From Rebecca billardiae RCC1528 (Eukaryota > Protista > Haptophyta), in NCBI GenBank assembly GCA_965240325.2, contig OZ251225.1, positions 2,356,001 to 2,420,000 of the forward strand: DNA of 64,000 nucleotides, given 5' to 3'. The notes under the pieces are model-generated. The model had not been told where the DNA came from and searched no databases. It worked only from the letters and a program-made list of their open reading frames with translations. The position numbers and the translations under genes are program-made. Of this stretch, positions 43,465 through 55,963 are shown one piece after another (positions within the stretch are counted from its first letter, which is position 1; every line of letters begins with the position of its first letter).

Positions 43465-45904
43465 CTAGACCATTGCTTGAAACGCCGCAGAAGCGCCAGG
43501 CTGCCTCCGCGATGCAGATGCTGACGCAGTCGCGCCGGACGCGCGCTTCGCCGAAGTGGCAAAGGGCGCAAAGGCACCGCTGGTGGTCGAGCTCGCCTCA
43601 CTCGGCGCGCGCTTAGGAGGCGCGCGCCCACGGACGGAAGGTGCAGCCGCATTACGCGCACGCAGCACGGCCATTTGACCGGCCGTGGTGTTCGTCTTGG
43701 CGGGCAGCCCGAACTCGTCGAGATCGGACCAATCGTCCGAGGAGTCCGAATCGTCGTCGGACGAATCGTCGTCGTCGTCGCTGCTTTGCCCACTCTTCGG
43801 CACCGGCCTGGACGCGGTGGCCGGCTTCCTCGACGCAGTCGGCGCCGACTTCTTCTCCTCCTCGTCGTCCGATTCCTCCTCGATCTCGAAGAGGCTCGAC
43901 TCCTCGCCCTCGCTCTCCTCGTCCTCGGCCGGAGGCTTGGGCGGGCCAAGCACCTGCAGGATCTTGCGCCGGTCTGTGACAAACGTGGCGGTTGCCTTGA
44001 GCACGCCGAGGGAGGACATGACGGCGCTCACGCGGTACACGCGCGAGTTGCCGTGCAGCTCGAGGAAGACCCACGTCTGCAGCGCGAGCTGCGGCAGCGA
44101 CTCGAAGAGTGCCTCGACGAAGGTGAGCACCTTGTTGTCTGCGTGGGCGGTCGCGGGGCGGCGCGCGGGCGTGGGCGTGAGCGCGGGCGGCGTCGGAGCA
44201 CGGCGCCATCGCACGCGGCCGCGCGCGGCGGCGGCGCGGAGGCTCACAGAGCACGCGCCGCTTGGCCTCGACGGCGCGGTCACCGCGGAAGCGGAAGAGC
44301 TTGGCCTCGGCGAGCATGAGCGACGCGCGCGCGATGATGAACAGACCGACGGGGACGGCGAGCGCGGAGACGATCGCCTCGATCTTGAGCCCGGCGAGGA
44401 CGCGCCCCGGGCCCATGGCCTTGGGGGCCTTCTTCACCTCGGCGTCGAGGAGGCGGAAGATCCGCGACGCGATCGCCTTGTCGTTGTCCATGAGCATCTG
44501 CTGCACCGCCTCCTGAGCCTTGCGCGCGCGGCGCGCGGCGGCCGACTCCTTCTGCGAGGCCTTGGCGACAGCGGCCTCGGTCAGCCCGGAGCGCGAGCCC
44601 TGCTTGCCAAACAGCCGGCCGCCGAAGCCCGGATTCGGGCCCGCGGTGGGCGCGGCGCCGCGAGCGGACGCGGAGGTGGGCACACGGCCGAGCAGCACGA
44701 CCGGCTTCTTCCCCGTGCTCGGCTGCTGCGCGTCCTCCGCCACGCCCCGCTTGCTGCCAAACAAGCTGCCAAACACGCCACCGCCGCCAGGATCGCCCGT
44801 GCGCGTGTTGCGCGTGTCGGAGCGCTCCATCCCGCCGCCACGCTGGGACTGCACGACGGACTCGTCGACGCTGGGCTCGATGGTCGACTCCTCGTCCTCG
44901 TCGGGGGTGGTGAGCTCGCTCCAGCCGTACAGCAGCAGGCCGGGCATGTACAGCAGACCCAGCTTCCGAGCGCTCGGCTTCGGGTGCAGCACGGCAAACA
45001 GCAGCGAGAAGCGCCAGTTGTAGAAGAGGATGACCGCGCAGGTGGCGGCCCAGGCGTACCACGCCGAGAGGACGTAGTGCGCGAGCGAGAGCACGTCGGT
45101 GATGATGTCCACCACGGGGAGCAGCTGCATGCACGCCATCACCACGCGCACCGGCAGCGACTTCTGCGCGCGCTGCACGATCGGCGCGTACTTCATCAGC
45201 TGCCGCCAGCGCTTGGCGGCCTCCTCGCCGATGCGCTCCTCGGGCTTGAGGATGACGAGCGTCACGAGCAGCACAGCGACTGCGGAGACGCCCATCGCGT
45301 ACAGCACGAGCGGCTGCTTCAGCCGCTCCGACAGCGGCACGTTGTCTGCGCTTCTGGGCTCATCCGCGGGCGCGGGCGCAGGCGCCGGCGTGTTCGCCTG
45401 GCGCGCGCTGTTCAGCATCGACTCGAGCGCGGCCGGGCCGAGGTTGGCGGCGATGTCACGCACGGCCTGCTCCTGCGTCTTCAGATCCATGTGCAGCAAG
45501 GCGGCCAGCAACTCGAGGTCCTCGGCACTGAGCTCGGTGGCGTTGGGAATGGGAGCTGGAGACGGCGTGCCCGTCGCCGGCGTGGGCGATGCGGCGGGGG
45601 TGGCGGAGGGAGGCGCGGCCGCGGGCGGTCGCGCCGGCGGCGGGTGGACGCCAGCCGAACCGAGAGAACCAGTGGGGGAAGGCTTGGCCGCAGCCGGCGC
45701 CGAGGCAGTGGGAGCAGCGGGCGCGGCCGACGGAGGCGCCCCCGCGGGCGGAGGCGCTGGCCGCTGCGCTGGCGCGGGCCCGGAAGGCGAGGGAGCGGGG
45801 ACCGGCGATGGATTCGGTGCCGAGATGACGGGGGCCGTCGCGCGAGCAGGCGCGGCCGCCGCCATCAGCACCGCACACGCGGCAAGCCATGCTGGTCGAG
45901 GCAT
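43465..45904 (-). CDS. XK-related (Xkr/CED-8-like) multipass membrane protein with Pro/Ala-rich ectodomain
   Basis: Exons 45904-44248 and 44138-43465; signal peptide, Pro/Ala tract, several TMs, VDIITDV and FVEALFESLPQLALQ motifs, acidic tail. Confidence 0.7.
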
Positions 45905-46171
45905 GGTGGAGAGCCGTTGTCGCGGTGCCAAGGGTCCCGCCGCGCGGCGCGCGGCGCACCCTCCTGCCGAGCGCGGCGCTCACTATCTCTACTTTCTTAT
46001 GGATGGGCCAATTATTGTTTACAAATCGATTGATGGGTTCAAAGGAATGGGTTCGTCGTCGCTTCGTCCTTATTAAATAAGCCTAGTAATCTAGCTTGCT
46101 CGAGATCGCGCAGCATGGCTGCCGTGAGTGCCGGGCGGCAGCGGGCGGAGGCTTGGCTCATCACTGTTTCC

Positions 46172-49100
46172 TCACTGCAGGCCGAATCCCTCGGCGTTGG
46201 CGATGGCAATCTTGAGCCGGTCGCGCAGCTTGCCGCGCGAGGAGTACTCCGGCATGCTGAGCATGTTGAAGCACGTGTGCGCGACGGGGAGAGCAAGGCT
46301 GTCCCCGCCCGCGCGCTGCAGGACAAAGTTGAGCTTGCCAAGGCCGCCGACAGGCGCGCGGTCGCAGCCGGTCGCGAACTGGAGCAGCTGCGCCTGCTCG
46401 GCGGCCGTGAGCTCGTGCACAACCTCCCAGAACCACTTGACCACCGTCGAGTCGGGCCGGAACCCGTCGTACTTGGTCGCCGCCTGGAGCGCCTTGAAGT
46501 CGAGGTACGGCTCGCCGCACACGAGCTCCTCGAGCTCCTCCGGCGTGACGAAGCTGAGCGCCGCGCCGTCGCACAGCATGAGGAAGCCCTTCTGGAAGGC
46601 GGCGAACTGGCCGCTGCATGCCTCGTCCAGCTTGTACCTCGCGACGAGCCGCACGTACTCCTCGCGGTTGGCGTTGGTGACGGCGAGCTCGGCGCCGCCC
46701 GGCTTGAGCTCGACGGTCGCGGCGGCGCCAAACGCCGTGTCCGTCAGCGTGAAGTCGGCGCAGAAGGTGGACTCCACGTCGCCCTCGTAGCGCAGCAGCT
46801 GCTCGAGCCCGCGGTGCAGCTCCGGGTCCACGTCTGCCAGGTGCGCGAAGCCCACCGGCAGGTTGAGCAGCTTGCGGAACAGCGCGCGCGCAAAGTGCAA
46901 GTCGAGGATCTGGCCGTTGTGCACAGCGAGCCCGAGCACGAGCCCGATCAGGAAGAACTCGGCCTGCGGCTCGGAGGACTCGGCGAGCGGCGCGTGCGCC
47001 GTGAACCAGCAGCGTCGCGACTCGGAGTCGAACCTGAACATGCCGTACTCTGCGCGGAACACCGCCTCGACCAGCAGCTGGAAGAACTCCTGCGCAGCGA
47101 AGCAGCCGGCGCGCAGCGGGCGCGGAGGAGTGCTTCGCGCGTGAACGCAGGGCGCGCAGCGACGCTCGCCCCCCCGCGCGGGCGGGGAGCGGTGCGCGGG
47201 CCGAGCTGCCGTCGGATGCGCACACCTTGGTCACCCCGCCCTCGTCCACGGCGGGCTCGCCCACGAACCACACCTTGAGCGGGCGCAGCAGCATGTGCAC
47301 GGACGAGGTGGCGATCGCGCGCAGCGTGTCCTCGACCAGGCACGCGCGCCGCACCTCGAACACGCAGAACGGCGACTTCTTCTCGAACTCGCGCGGCAGG
47401 CGGGGCGGCGGGTGGCCCTCCGCGCCGGCGGCCGCGCCGCGCGCCGCCGCGCCGTGCGCGCCGCCGCTGCCCTTGCCGTCCACCAGCAGCACGGGCGCGG
47501 CGCCGTCGGGGCTCCGGCTGCCGAGCGGCGCGTACATGGACTGCAGCGAGCGCGAAACCTCGGTCTGCATCCTCACCGCCGCCTCGATGCGGAGCAGCTT
47601 GGCCTTGGCGCCGACGGGGAGCAGCCACGGCGCGTTGAGCGGGTTGAACCCGCCCACGCCCTGCACCCACATCGCGTACGCGTTCGGCAGGTCGACGTGC
47701 TCAGCGAGCCACTCGCTGTAAAACTCCTTGCGGCGCACGCGCGTGTCGCCGCGCGCGGACGGGTCGATCTCGTTCGCCTCGTGCGCGAGGCTGAGCAGGT
47801 GGAGGGCGAGCGCGGCGGGCGCGTCGGAGGACTCGTCCCACGGCCGGCCGCGCGCGGCCGCGTCCGAGCGGAGCGCGGCCTCGAAGCGCGAGCGCAGCGG
47901 GCGGACGATCCGCGCGCCGAAGAGGTCGGCCGGCAGCGCGCGCAGCGAGCTCACGAGCAGCCGAGCGCCCGCCGGCGGCAGCGCGCGCGCCGCGCGGCCC
48001 GCGCTCAGCAGCTCGTCCGCGGTGAAGCGCTCGTCCGCCATCAGCGGGTTGAGCAGCAGCGAGACGAGCGCGCGGCAGGCGAACGCCTCGGACGAGAGCA
48101 CGCCGCCAATGTGCTTGCTGATCGACGCCTCGCGCGCGACCGAGGGCACGGGGCGGGCGTGCGCGAGCGGCGGAGGCGGGCCGCCGCCGCCGCCGCTCGA
48201 CGCGGCCGCGCCGCCGCCCGCAGGCGCGGCGGGCGCGGCGGGCGCGGCGGGCGCGGCGCGCGCGGGCGCGGCCGCGGCGTGGGCCGCCGCGCGCTTCGCG
48301 GCCTCCACCACTCGCTCGAGCGCCTCGCGGATGCTCGCGCGCAGCGCGGCGAGCACCGCCTCGCCGCGGCCGTGCGTGGACATGAGCGCCACGTGCGCGC
48401 GCTCCAGCTCGACAGCGCGCGCCGCGTCGCCGTCCGCGGCCGAGAAGGACGCGTTCAGCAGCGCCGGGCTGCCGAAGACCGCGCCCACGCGACGCGCGAG
48501 CTGGGGCAAGTCGGCGGTCCGCGCGAGGGCCTCGACCTCGTCGGCGGACGCGAAGGGCCACGCCGGATCGGTGCGCTCGCCGCTCGGCAGGCCGCGCAGC
48601 GACTCACCGTCCGCCAGCTGGTCGACGCTCGCCGACGCTCCCGCGCCCGCGCGCGCTGGATCGGCCGCGAGCGCGAGCAGCGCGCTCGAGTAGGCGCCGG
48701 CGAAGACGCGGGCGTGCGCGACCTCCGCGGGCAGGCCGAGCTCGCGCGGCGTGCACACGTCCACGGGCTCGCCCAGGCCGAGCTGGCCCAACGCCGCCGC
48801 GCCCCAGACCAGCACGCGGCCGCTCGCAAGCACGGCCGCCGAGTGCTCGCTGCCTGCGGCCGCTGAGACGGGCCAGGCGTCTGGTGGCAGCGCCGTCTCT
48901 GTCGGCGTCGCGCGGTCGGCGTGATCGGCGTCGCCGAGGCCGAGCTGGCCGTTGGCGTTGCGCCCGCACGCAAGCAGGCGGCGCGTGTCCGTCCCCACCA
49001 CGAAGAGCGTGTGCGCGCCGCCGCACGCCACGCGCCGCACGCGCTGCCCCACCAGGCTGAGCACGGCGCGCGGCGTCGGCTGCACCGGCTCGGCGTCGCG

Positions 49101-49817
49101 CGCCGCGAGCCGGCCGAGCCCGCACTGGCCGTGCTTGTTCGAGCCCCAGGCGATCGCCTCGCCGGTGTACGTGATGGCGACGCAGTGCCGCTCGCCCGCC
49201 ACCGCCTCCACCACCGGCACCGTCAGCAGGTCGAGCACGCGCGTGGGCGTGGGCCTGTTGCTCAGGTCGCCGTGCCCGAGGGCGCCGTGCCGCCCCATGC
49301 CAAACGTGAAGACCTCGCTCATCGTCGTCACGCACGCCGTGAACTCGGCGCCGCAGCTCACCTTGCTCACGACCACGTGGCTCCGCGCGAGGGCCTGCAG
49401 CACCTTGGGCCGGCGCACGTCCCCCGCGTTCTCGCCGTCGCCGTGGCCGCACTGGCCAAACGAGGAATCGCCCCAGCTCACGAGCTCGCCCGCGCGCGTG
49501 ACGGCGGCGGTGTGGAGGGAGCCCGCGCTGAGCTGGTGGATCGGTTTTGTCGAGAGGGCCTCAATCACGCGCGGCGCCACCACATCGTCCGAACTCGCGC
49601 CCTGGCCGCACTGGCCGTGGTCGTTTGCGCCGCACGTGAGCACATCGCCGTCGCGCGTCAGAATCGCGCCATGCGTGCTGCCGAACGCGACGGAGACGAC
49701 GTCGAGGGACGCGGCGGACGCGAGCAGCTGCGTCGGGGTGAGCACCGCCTCGCCAGCCTCCTTCCCGCAGCCAAGCTGGCAGCAGTCGTTCGCGCCGAAT
49801 GCCAGGAGGCGGCTCAT
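46172..49817 (-). CDS. RCC1-repeat + HECT E3 ubiquitin ligase (HERC-like)
   Basis: Exons 49817-47226 and 47089-46172; about 7 RCC1 repeats; HECT motifs FVGEPAVDEGGVTKEFF, LLQFATGCDR and catalytic AHTCFN. Confidence 0.95.
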
Positions 49818-49891
49818 CTCGAGCGTGCGTGCACGCGCCAGGCCGGGCTGCCGCCGAGCGAGAGACGCAAAAGCCGGAGGCGGACGTCAGT

Positions 49892-50998
49892 CAAGGGTAG
49901 TAAGGGTGAGCAACTCCGCTGGCGACAGCCGCGAAGGTCGGGAGCCCTCTGTTTGCCGCGAGCGGAGCGGAGCGAGCACTACCAGCGGCGGAGGGCGCTG
50001 AGGCCGCGCACGGCGTGAGGCGCGGCGTCGGCCGAGTCGGTCCGCGGAGGATGCGCGGCGCTCGGCCCGCTGCGCAGCGGCAGTGCGCCTCACTTTGCCC
50101 CGAGCGCCGTCCTCCGCGTCGCCTCCTTCCCGCCTTGGAGCAGCACGCATGTGCGCGCCACCACCTTGAAGGCGGGGCACGGGCTTGCTCAGACGACCGC
50201 GCGCGCGTGGCGCGCGACTTGGTCGGCTGCGCGCGCGCGCTGCCGCGGTGCAAGGTAGCGCCGCCGCATGCGCGCGCCGTGCCAGCGCGAGCCTTTGCTC
50301 ACGGCCATCTCATGAGCGTAGTGCTCGCTTGTCTGCTTGCTCTCACGAATGATTCGCTGTGCCTCACGCTGGCACTCGTCGGGTCGATCAGCGAGGTGTT
50401 GAGTGACATTGGATACCCAGGACGAAGGCCTAGTCTTGTTTATTTCTTCTCAGCACGAATGCAAGTGGACGCTAAGGCTCCGCATCGATGGTACCAACAC
50501 TCACGCCGCTGTCTTTTCCAGCTTCCCGTCAGTCCGCAAGTCGGATGCCAAGCAGCATTCGACATGTGTGTGAGGTCGCACTCAGGTCCGCGCACACGCT
50601 CTCGCGCTGGCACGGCGCGCGCATGCGGCGGCGCTACCTTGCACCGCGGCGGCGCGCGCGCGCAGCCGACCAAGTCGCGCGCCACGCGCGCGCGGTCGTC
50701 TGAGCAAGCCCGTGCCGCCTTCAAGGTGGCGGCGCGCACATGCGTGCTGCTCCAAGGCGGAAAGGAGGCGACGCGGAGGACGGCGCTCGGGGCAAAGTGA
50801 GGCGCACTGCCGCTGCGCAGCGGGCCGAGCGCCGCGCATCCTCCGCGGACCGACTCGGCCGACGCCGCGCCTCACGCCGTGCGCGGCCTCAGCGCCCTCC
50901 GCCGCTGGTAGTGCTCGCTCCGCTCCGCTCGCGGCAAACAGAGGGCTCCCGACCTTCGCGGCTGTCGCCAGCGGAGTTGCTCACCCTTACTACCCTTG
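49892..50998. mobile_element. Foldback element with ~400-bp TIRs and 7-bp TSD (P superfamily/Galileo-like, non-autonomous)
   Basis: Arms about 49892-50291 and 50600-50998 are near-perfect inverted copies; termini CAAGGG...CCCTTG; CGTCAGT duplicated at 49885-49891 and 50999-51005. Confidence 0.9.
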
Positions 50999-51591
50999 CG
51001 TCAGTACGTCACCGCTCGCTGAACAAGTGCGGCCGCTCGATGCTCATCGGGAATCCGTACTTGTATCGAAGGCACGAAGCGCTTTCAACTTCGCCTTTCC
51101 GAGGCGACCGTTCGTGAGGCCCGGTTGTTGGTCAGGACTCAGGAGACACTCCCGAACGAGACTGACTCACTGACCCGATGGTGACGACTGACGCAGACTG
51201 GTGGCCGGGTGCCCATCATGAACATTGACGAGCCCTGATCAGCAGTAGAGTCATCGTCGGCATGCCTGCCGATTGCCGCCAAGGCCGCGGCGACGAAGTC
51301 CCGGTCCGTGCAGAACCGTGAGGCCTGAGCCGACCATCTGAGGAGTCGGAGCGCTCAGCCTCAGGCTCAGCCCGTAGCAGCGGTAGCAGGTCGCTCTCGG
51401 ACCGACCGACCAGTCTGACTGCGCGCGCGTGGCTGAATAAACGCGCACTCCTCCGTCCTCGCAGCTGCGTCCGACGGCCCACCGACGCGCTGCGAGATCG
51501 CGCACGCTGTCAATGCGCACGGGCAGTCGTCAAGCCCGTCCAGCGACCCGCGCGAGCAAGGCCCGCCGCGCACTGGCGCACGGACGAGGTG

Positions 51592-53569
51592 CTAGCTGAG
51601 TCGCGCGACGACCTGCGCGTGCCGGCGCGCAGCCTCCTCCTGCGCGGCGGTCACTTCCACGTCCTTGTTCAGGCTGTGCACGCCCTCGAACGACAGCTCG
51701 TTGCCGTCGAGCTTCTGCTTCCACGCCGTGCCGCCGTCGGTGGACATGTTGGAGCAGATCACGATCTGCCGGCTCGCCGTCGGCCCGAGTCGCGGCAGCG
51801 CGTTTGGCCGCTCGGGCACGAACACGTCGGCGCGCACGGCGCCACCGTCACACGAGAGCTGGCCGGCGCGCGCGTCGTCGACCACGTTGTACAGCACGCC
51901 CCCGCGGCCGTAGATGGGCCGGAGCGAGGACACGTTCACGAGCACGCAGTCGTCCACGTCCACGTACGGCGCCTTCACGTTCACCAGCACGGCGCGGCTG
52001 CCGATGTGCCCGCCGCGGAAGGAGCAGCCCAGCGCGCATGCGCCCGGCTCGACGGTGACCGGCCCGATGTCGGAGCGCTGCACACGCGGCACCGCGCCGA
52101 GGAAGTGGCGAAGCGCGCTCGCCGACGCGCTCGCGTGCGTGAGCAGCACGTTGTTCTCGTGGTACAGGCCGAGCCGGCCGTAGTCCCACCAGTACATCTC
52201 CTGCCCGGTCGGCACGGCGCCAAAGAAGCGCAGCTCAGGCAGCGCGTCGAGCACGCGCGAGCGGAACGTGCGCATGCGCGCGTAGTGCGCGCGGGCCTCG
52301 GCGGCCGGCGTGCCCTTCTTTGTCATCACGCCCACGTACTTCTCCTCGGTCAGCGTGGCGGGCATCCAGAAGTGCGGGTCCGCGTCCATCTGGCCCTTGC
52401 GCGCGTCCAGCTCGGGCTTGAACTCCTGCGCGGCGGCGCGAGAGCGCGCGCGGCCAACGCGCGGCGCGTGAGCAGCAGGGTGCCGCCTCGGCGCGGCGGG
52501 CGGCGCGGCGCGGCGCGGCGCGGCGCGGGGCGGCGCGCTGCCCACCGCGCGCGCACCTGCAGCATCATGCGCAGCAGGCCGACCGACACCGAGAACGAGC
52601 CGAGCGACGTGCCGACCGCGCGCACGTCGGGCGGCAGCAGCGCGCGCGCGTCCTCAAACGAGACCTTCTCCAGCTGGAGCGCGTCGCCCGCGGGGTCGGT
52701 GGCGATGAGGCCGTACTGGTGGAGGGCGCGCTCGTGCCACTGCTCGGCCGTGGGCATCGGCCCGAGCGCGGCGAGGATGTCGGCATGGTGCGACGGCTTG
52801 CCATCCACGCCCTCGAGGGTCGAGGGCACGAAGACCTGGTCGCCCCAGAACACGGCGAGCCGGCCGGCGGAGCGCGCGCCGAGGATGGAGGTCTGGCGGA
52901 TGACGGCCTCGAGCACGGTGAGCACCTTCATCTCACCCCCGACATTGAACAGCTCCGGCAGCTTCACGGCCGGCTTGTTGTTGTTCTCCGCGCCCGGCAG
53001 CGGCGCGAGCCGCGTGCCCTTGCCCGCCGTGTGGTACAGCGCGACCGACTTGTGAGCGGCGAGCTCTGAGAGCAGCTCGACGCCGTGCTTGGTGCGCGCG
53101 AGGGCGATGGCCTTGACGACGGCGTAGAGCGTGCCCAGGCCGTTCCCCGCGCCGCCCTCCCAGTCCTCGTGCACGACGAGCACCTTGCTCTGCGCGCCCG
53201 TGACGGTCGCCACCGTCTGCTCAAGCCGTGCCTGCCAGTACCGCTCGCCGGACAGGTTGGAGCAGCACACGATGACGTAGTCGAAGCCGCCGGGTGAGCG
53301 CATGCGCTCTATCAATCCGTGCATCATCCTGCGCACGCGATCGGCGCCATGCGCGCGCGACAGGCACCACACCACGCCGCCTCAGTCATGCGCACAGCCG
53401 ATGGCAGGCATTGGCGCTTGCGCGCGGACGCATGCCCGCGCGCACACCGCTCCTGCGGCGAGACGCCGCCGCCGCCGAATACGCGACCGATCGTGTAGAA
53501 TATGACGAGGGCGATGACCCCAACCGAAGCATACACCGCCTCGTCTGGCACACCCTCCAGCATCGCCAT
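51592..53569 (-). CDS. Membrane-anchored sugar-phosphate nucleotidyltransferase-like protein (FPGT/AGPase-like)
   Basis: Exons 53569-53448, 53328-52557, 52425-51592; N-terminal TM; GAGNGLGTLYA, HTAGKGTRLAPL...KP, VFWGDQ, WWDYG; hexapeptide-like C-terminal region. Confidence 0.75.
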
Positions 53570-53676
53570 CGATTCGAGATGATTCGCCGCCGATCGCGAA
53601 AGGGTTCGACTCGCGCAATGATGACGCCGCGGCCGTGGAGGACTAGGAAAAACATAATCCACTCGCGAGCTTCACG

Positions 53677-55548
53677 ATGGCGGCGCGTGAAGCGAGTCGG
53701 CGTGGTGAAGCCCACGATGATGTGGGGGCACAGCACGAGAGCTCGGCACCGCAAGCAGGGCGTAGACGCGGCCACATTGGGCGTATCCTTGCGGGCGTGC
53801 TGGCGATCAACCTCGTGCTCTGCGTCATCCTCCTCTCGCAGTACAGCCATGTGCACGCGCTGCAGCCGCGCGCTAGCGCAACAGAGGTCACGGCAGCGCT
53901 AGCCGTCGACCCACCAGGAGGAGGCATCGCGCGCACTGTGGCCACGATAGCTTCCCCTCTGTCTCCTTCGGCCCGGGACGTCAACGGCACAACGACAGGG
54001 ATCGTTGCGCGCGGCCAATCTGCGCGCGGCAGCGAGTCCACAATCGCTGCGCCCTCTCCCGTTGCGGCGGCTGCAGCGGCATCTGGCGGCACCTTCGAGC
54101 GCAGCCCGGAAATACCCAAGTGGCAGCGCGGCGAGGCGAAGCTTTCGACTATCGACGCGTTCATCGGCTCGGCAAAGCGCACGGCTACCGGCAGCGGGCT
54201 CGAGGACTCCGGCAAGCGCGTGCCGCAGCCGCCGATGCTGCACATGCCGCGCGCCTCACCCGCCGATGTGCCCGTCGCGCCAGAGCAGTTGCGCCCTGGG
54301 GAGACCATGCCTTGCATCGTGACCGCGATCTCGGAGGAGTATGTGGATGGGCACGAGGTCTTCGTGCGCTCGTTGCTGCGCACCAACCCGTGGCTCCCGG
54401 CCAAGCGCTGGCCGCTCGTCGTGCTCGATCAGGGCATCAGCCAGGCCTCGCTCAAGCGCGTGCGCGGCCTGTACGAGCGCACGCTCATCCGGCCAGGCAG
54501 GCAGCCGCTGCCCGCGGGCATCCGCACGCAGCGCGGGCCCAAGTGGAAAGCCAACCTGCAGAAGCTGTTCGCCATCTTCCACTTGCCGGAGTGCGCGCCG
54601 ATCGTCAAGATCGACACGGGCGACATGATGTCGATGGGCGACGTGAGCGAGCTGCTCGCGATCGCGACCAACGGCACCGAGGGCGTGTTGGCCGTGCGTG
54701 CCCTCTTCAACACCGAGCTCTTCAACGGGGGGCTGCTCGTGCTGCAACGCGACGTCCTCACGCAGGATGCTGCCAACGAGCTCGCCGAGATCGCCGTCAA
54801 GTATAAGCAGTGGCGCGAGCAGGAGCTGCTGCGACGCTGGATGGGGTGCGCGCTCGCCCACGCGCCCGCTCTGGATCGCGCTCGAGCTCACGCGCCCGCC
54901 CCTCTCCCACTCGGCGCCCGCGCGCGCGGCGCAAGCAGCGGACCCGCGCGCTGGCGCGTACGGCTGCTCCCCAAGGTGTACAACATGGAATGGAAGGTCT
55001 GGGCCGAGAAGTATGGCACGTATGACGCGCTGCCGCGCTTCGACGAGTCCGTCCTCTTCCACTTCGTCGGGCCGAAACCGTGGACGGCCAAGCTGAAGCA
55101 TCCCGACAAGTACGACTACTTGTGGTGGCGCGAGCTCGGCAAGGGGCGGCTCGTTGTGATCGGCGCGGAGCGGATGCGCTCTGCGGGCAAGAGTACCGCC
55201 GGTGTGGTCGGTTGGATTGTCGACGAGTTTGAGCACGTCGTGCAGCTCGCCCCGCGCAGCGAGCGCGAGCCCCGCTTCAGAGGCAAGCGCCTAGCGTCGA
55301 CCTGTGCTACGAACGTCAACAGATCGTGGCCTGCGCACACCGCCGCCGCCCAAATCATGGAAAGCTGCGCGCAAGGCGACAAGCTGATTGGCGTCTTCAC
55401 CCTCGCTGCAGACGACGCGTTGCATGGCGCCGTGGCCGCGGCATGGCGGAGACACTTGTCCGGCCGCCGTCCATCGGCGAAGGGCGTCCCGCCAGATGAG
55501 AACGTGCGCGCGCTGACCGCCTTCTACAAGGACCGCGAGCGTGACTGA
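53677..55548 (+). CDS. Glycosyltransferase family 8 (glycogenin-like), type II membrane protein
   Basis: TM ILAGVLAINLVLCVILL; motifs KL.IF, IDTGD, FNGGLLVL, EQELL, LPKVYN, HFVGPKPW; probable in-frame intron 54846-54938. Confidence 0.85.
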   Translation: MAAREASRRGEAHDDVGAQHESSAPQAGRRRGHIGRILAGVLAINLVLCVILLSQYSHVHALQPRASATEVTAALAVDPPGGGIARTVATIASPLSPSARDVNGTTTGIVARGQSARGSESTIAAPSPVAAAAAASGGTFERSPEIPKWQRGEAKLSTIDAFIGSAKRTATGSGLEDSGKRVPQPPMLHMPRASPADVPVAPEQLRPGETMPCIVTAISEEYVDGHEVFVRSLLRTNPWLPAKRWPLVVLDQGISQASLKRVRGLYERTLIRPGRQPLPAGIRTQRGPKWKANLQKLFAIFHLPECAPIVKIDTGDMMSMGDVSELLAIATNGTEGVLAVRALFNTELFNGGLLVLQRDVLTQDAANELAEIAVKYKQWREQELLRRWMGCALAHAPALDRARAHAPAPLPLGARARGASSGPARWRVRLLPKVYNMEWKVWAEKYGTYDALPRFDESVLFHFVGPKPWTAKLKHPDKYDYLWWRELGKGRLVVIGAERMRSAGKSTAGVVGWIVDEFEHVVQLAPRSEREPRFRGKRLASTCATNVNRSWPAHTAAAQIMESCAQGDKLIGVFTLAADDALHGAVAAAWRRHLSGRRPSAKGVPPDENVRALTAFYKDRERD

Positions 55549-55963
55549 CTCTCAGTCTCTCTCTCGAGTCTCATCGCTTTACTACTAACGACAGTTTGCC
55601 TGCGGCTGTCGTTGACGAGTTATTGACGATATCAGTAGCAGTCTGACTCACTACTACAGTAGGACTGCAGTCGGCATACGAGTTACGACAGTGACGACGC
55701 GCGATGACATCCTCATCATCATCATCAGTCGTGCCGCTGATGGCTGAGCATGATGTGGGCATGGAAGTGGGCCGCCGTGGGCCTCACCCGGCGAGACAAG
55801 ACTCAGACTCAGCCAGCCGAGACAGCGTCGTTGGCCTCGGATCGGATGTCAGCTGGCACTGAGACATGGCCGCCCGCGCTGCAGGCCGATCGCGTAAGAT
55901 GCAGGGCTGAGCAGTGAGTGCATATCTGGCTGTCGTCGGCGGCGCGAACGCGCCGAAGCGCGC

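Noticed and set aside
43700-43930. Caspase-type activation site in the XK-like tail
   Set aside because: DxxD matches are unavoidable in an Asp/Ser low-complexity tract; there is no DxxD-G site like that of Xkr8.
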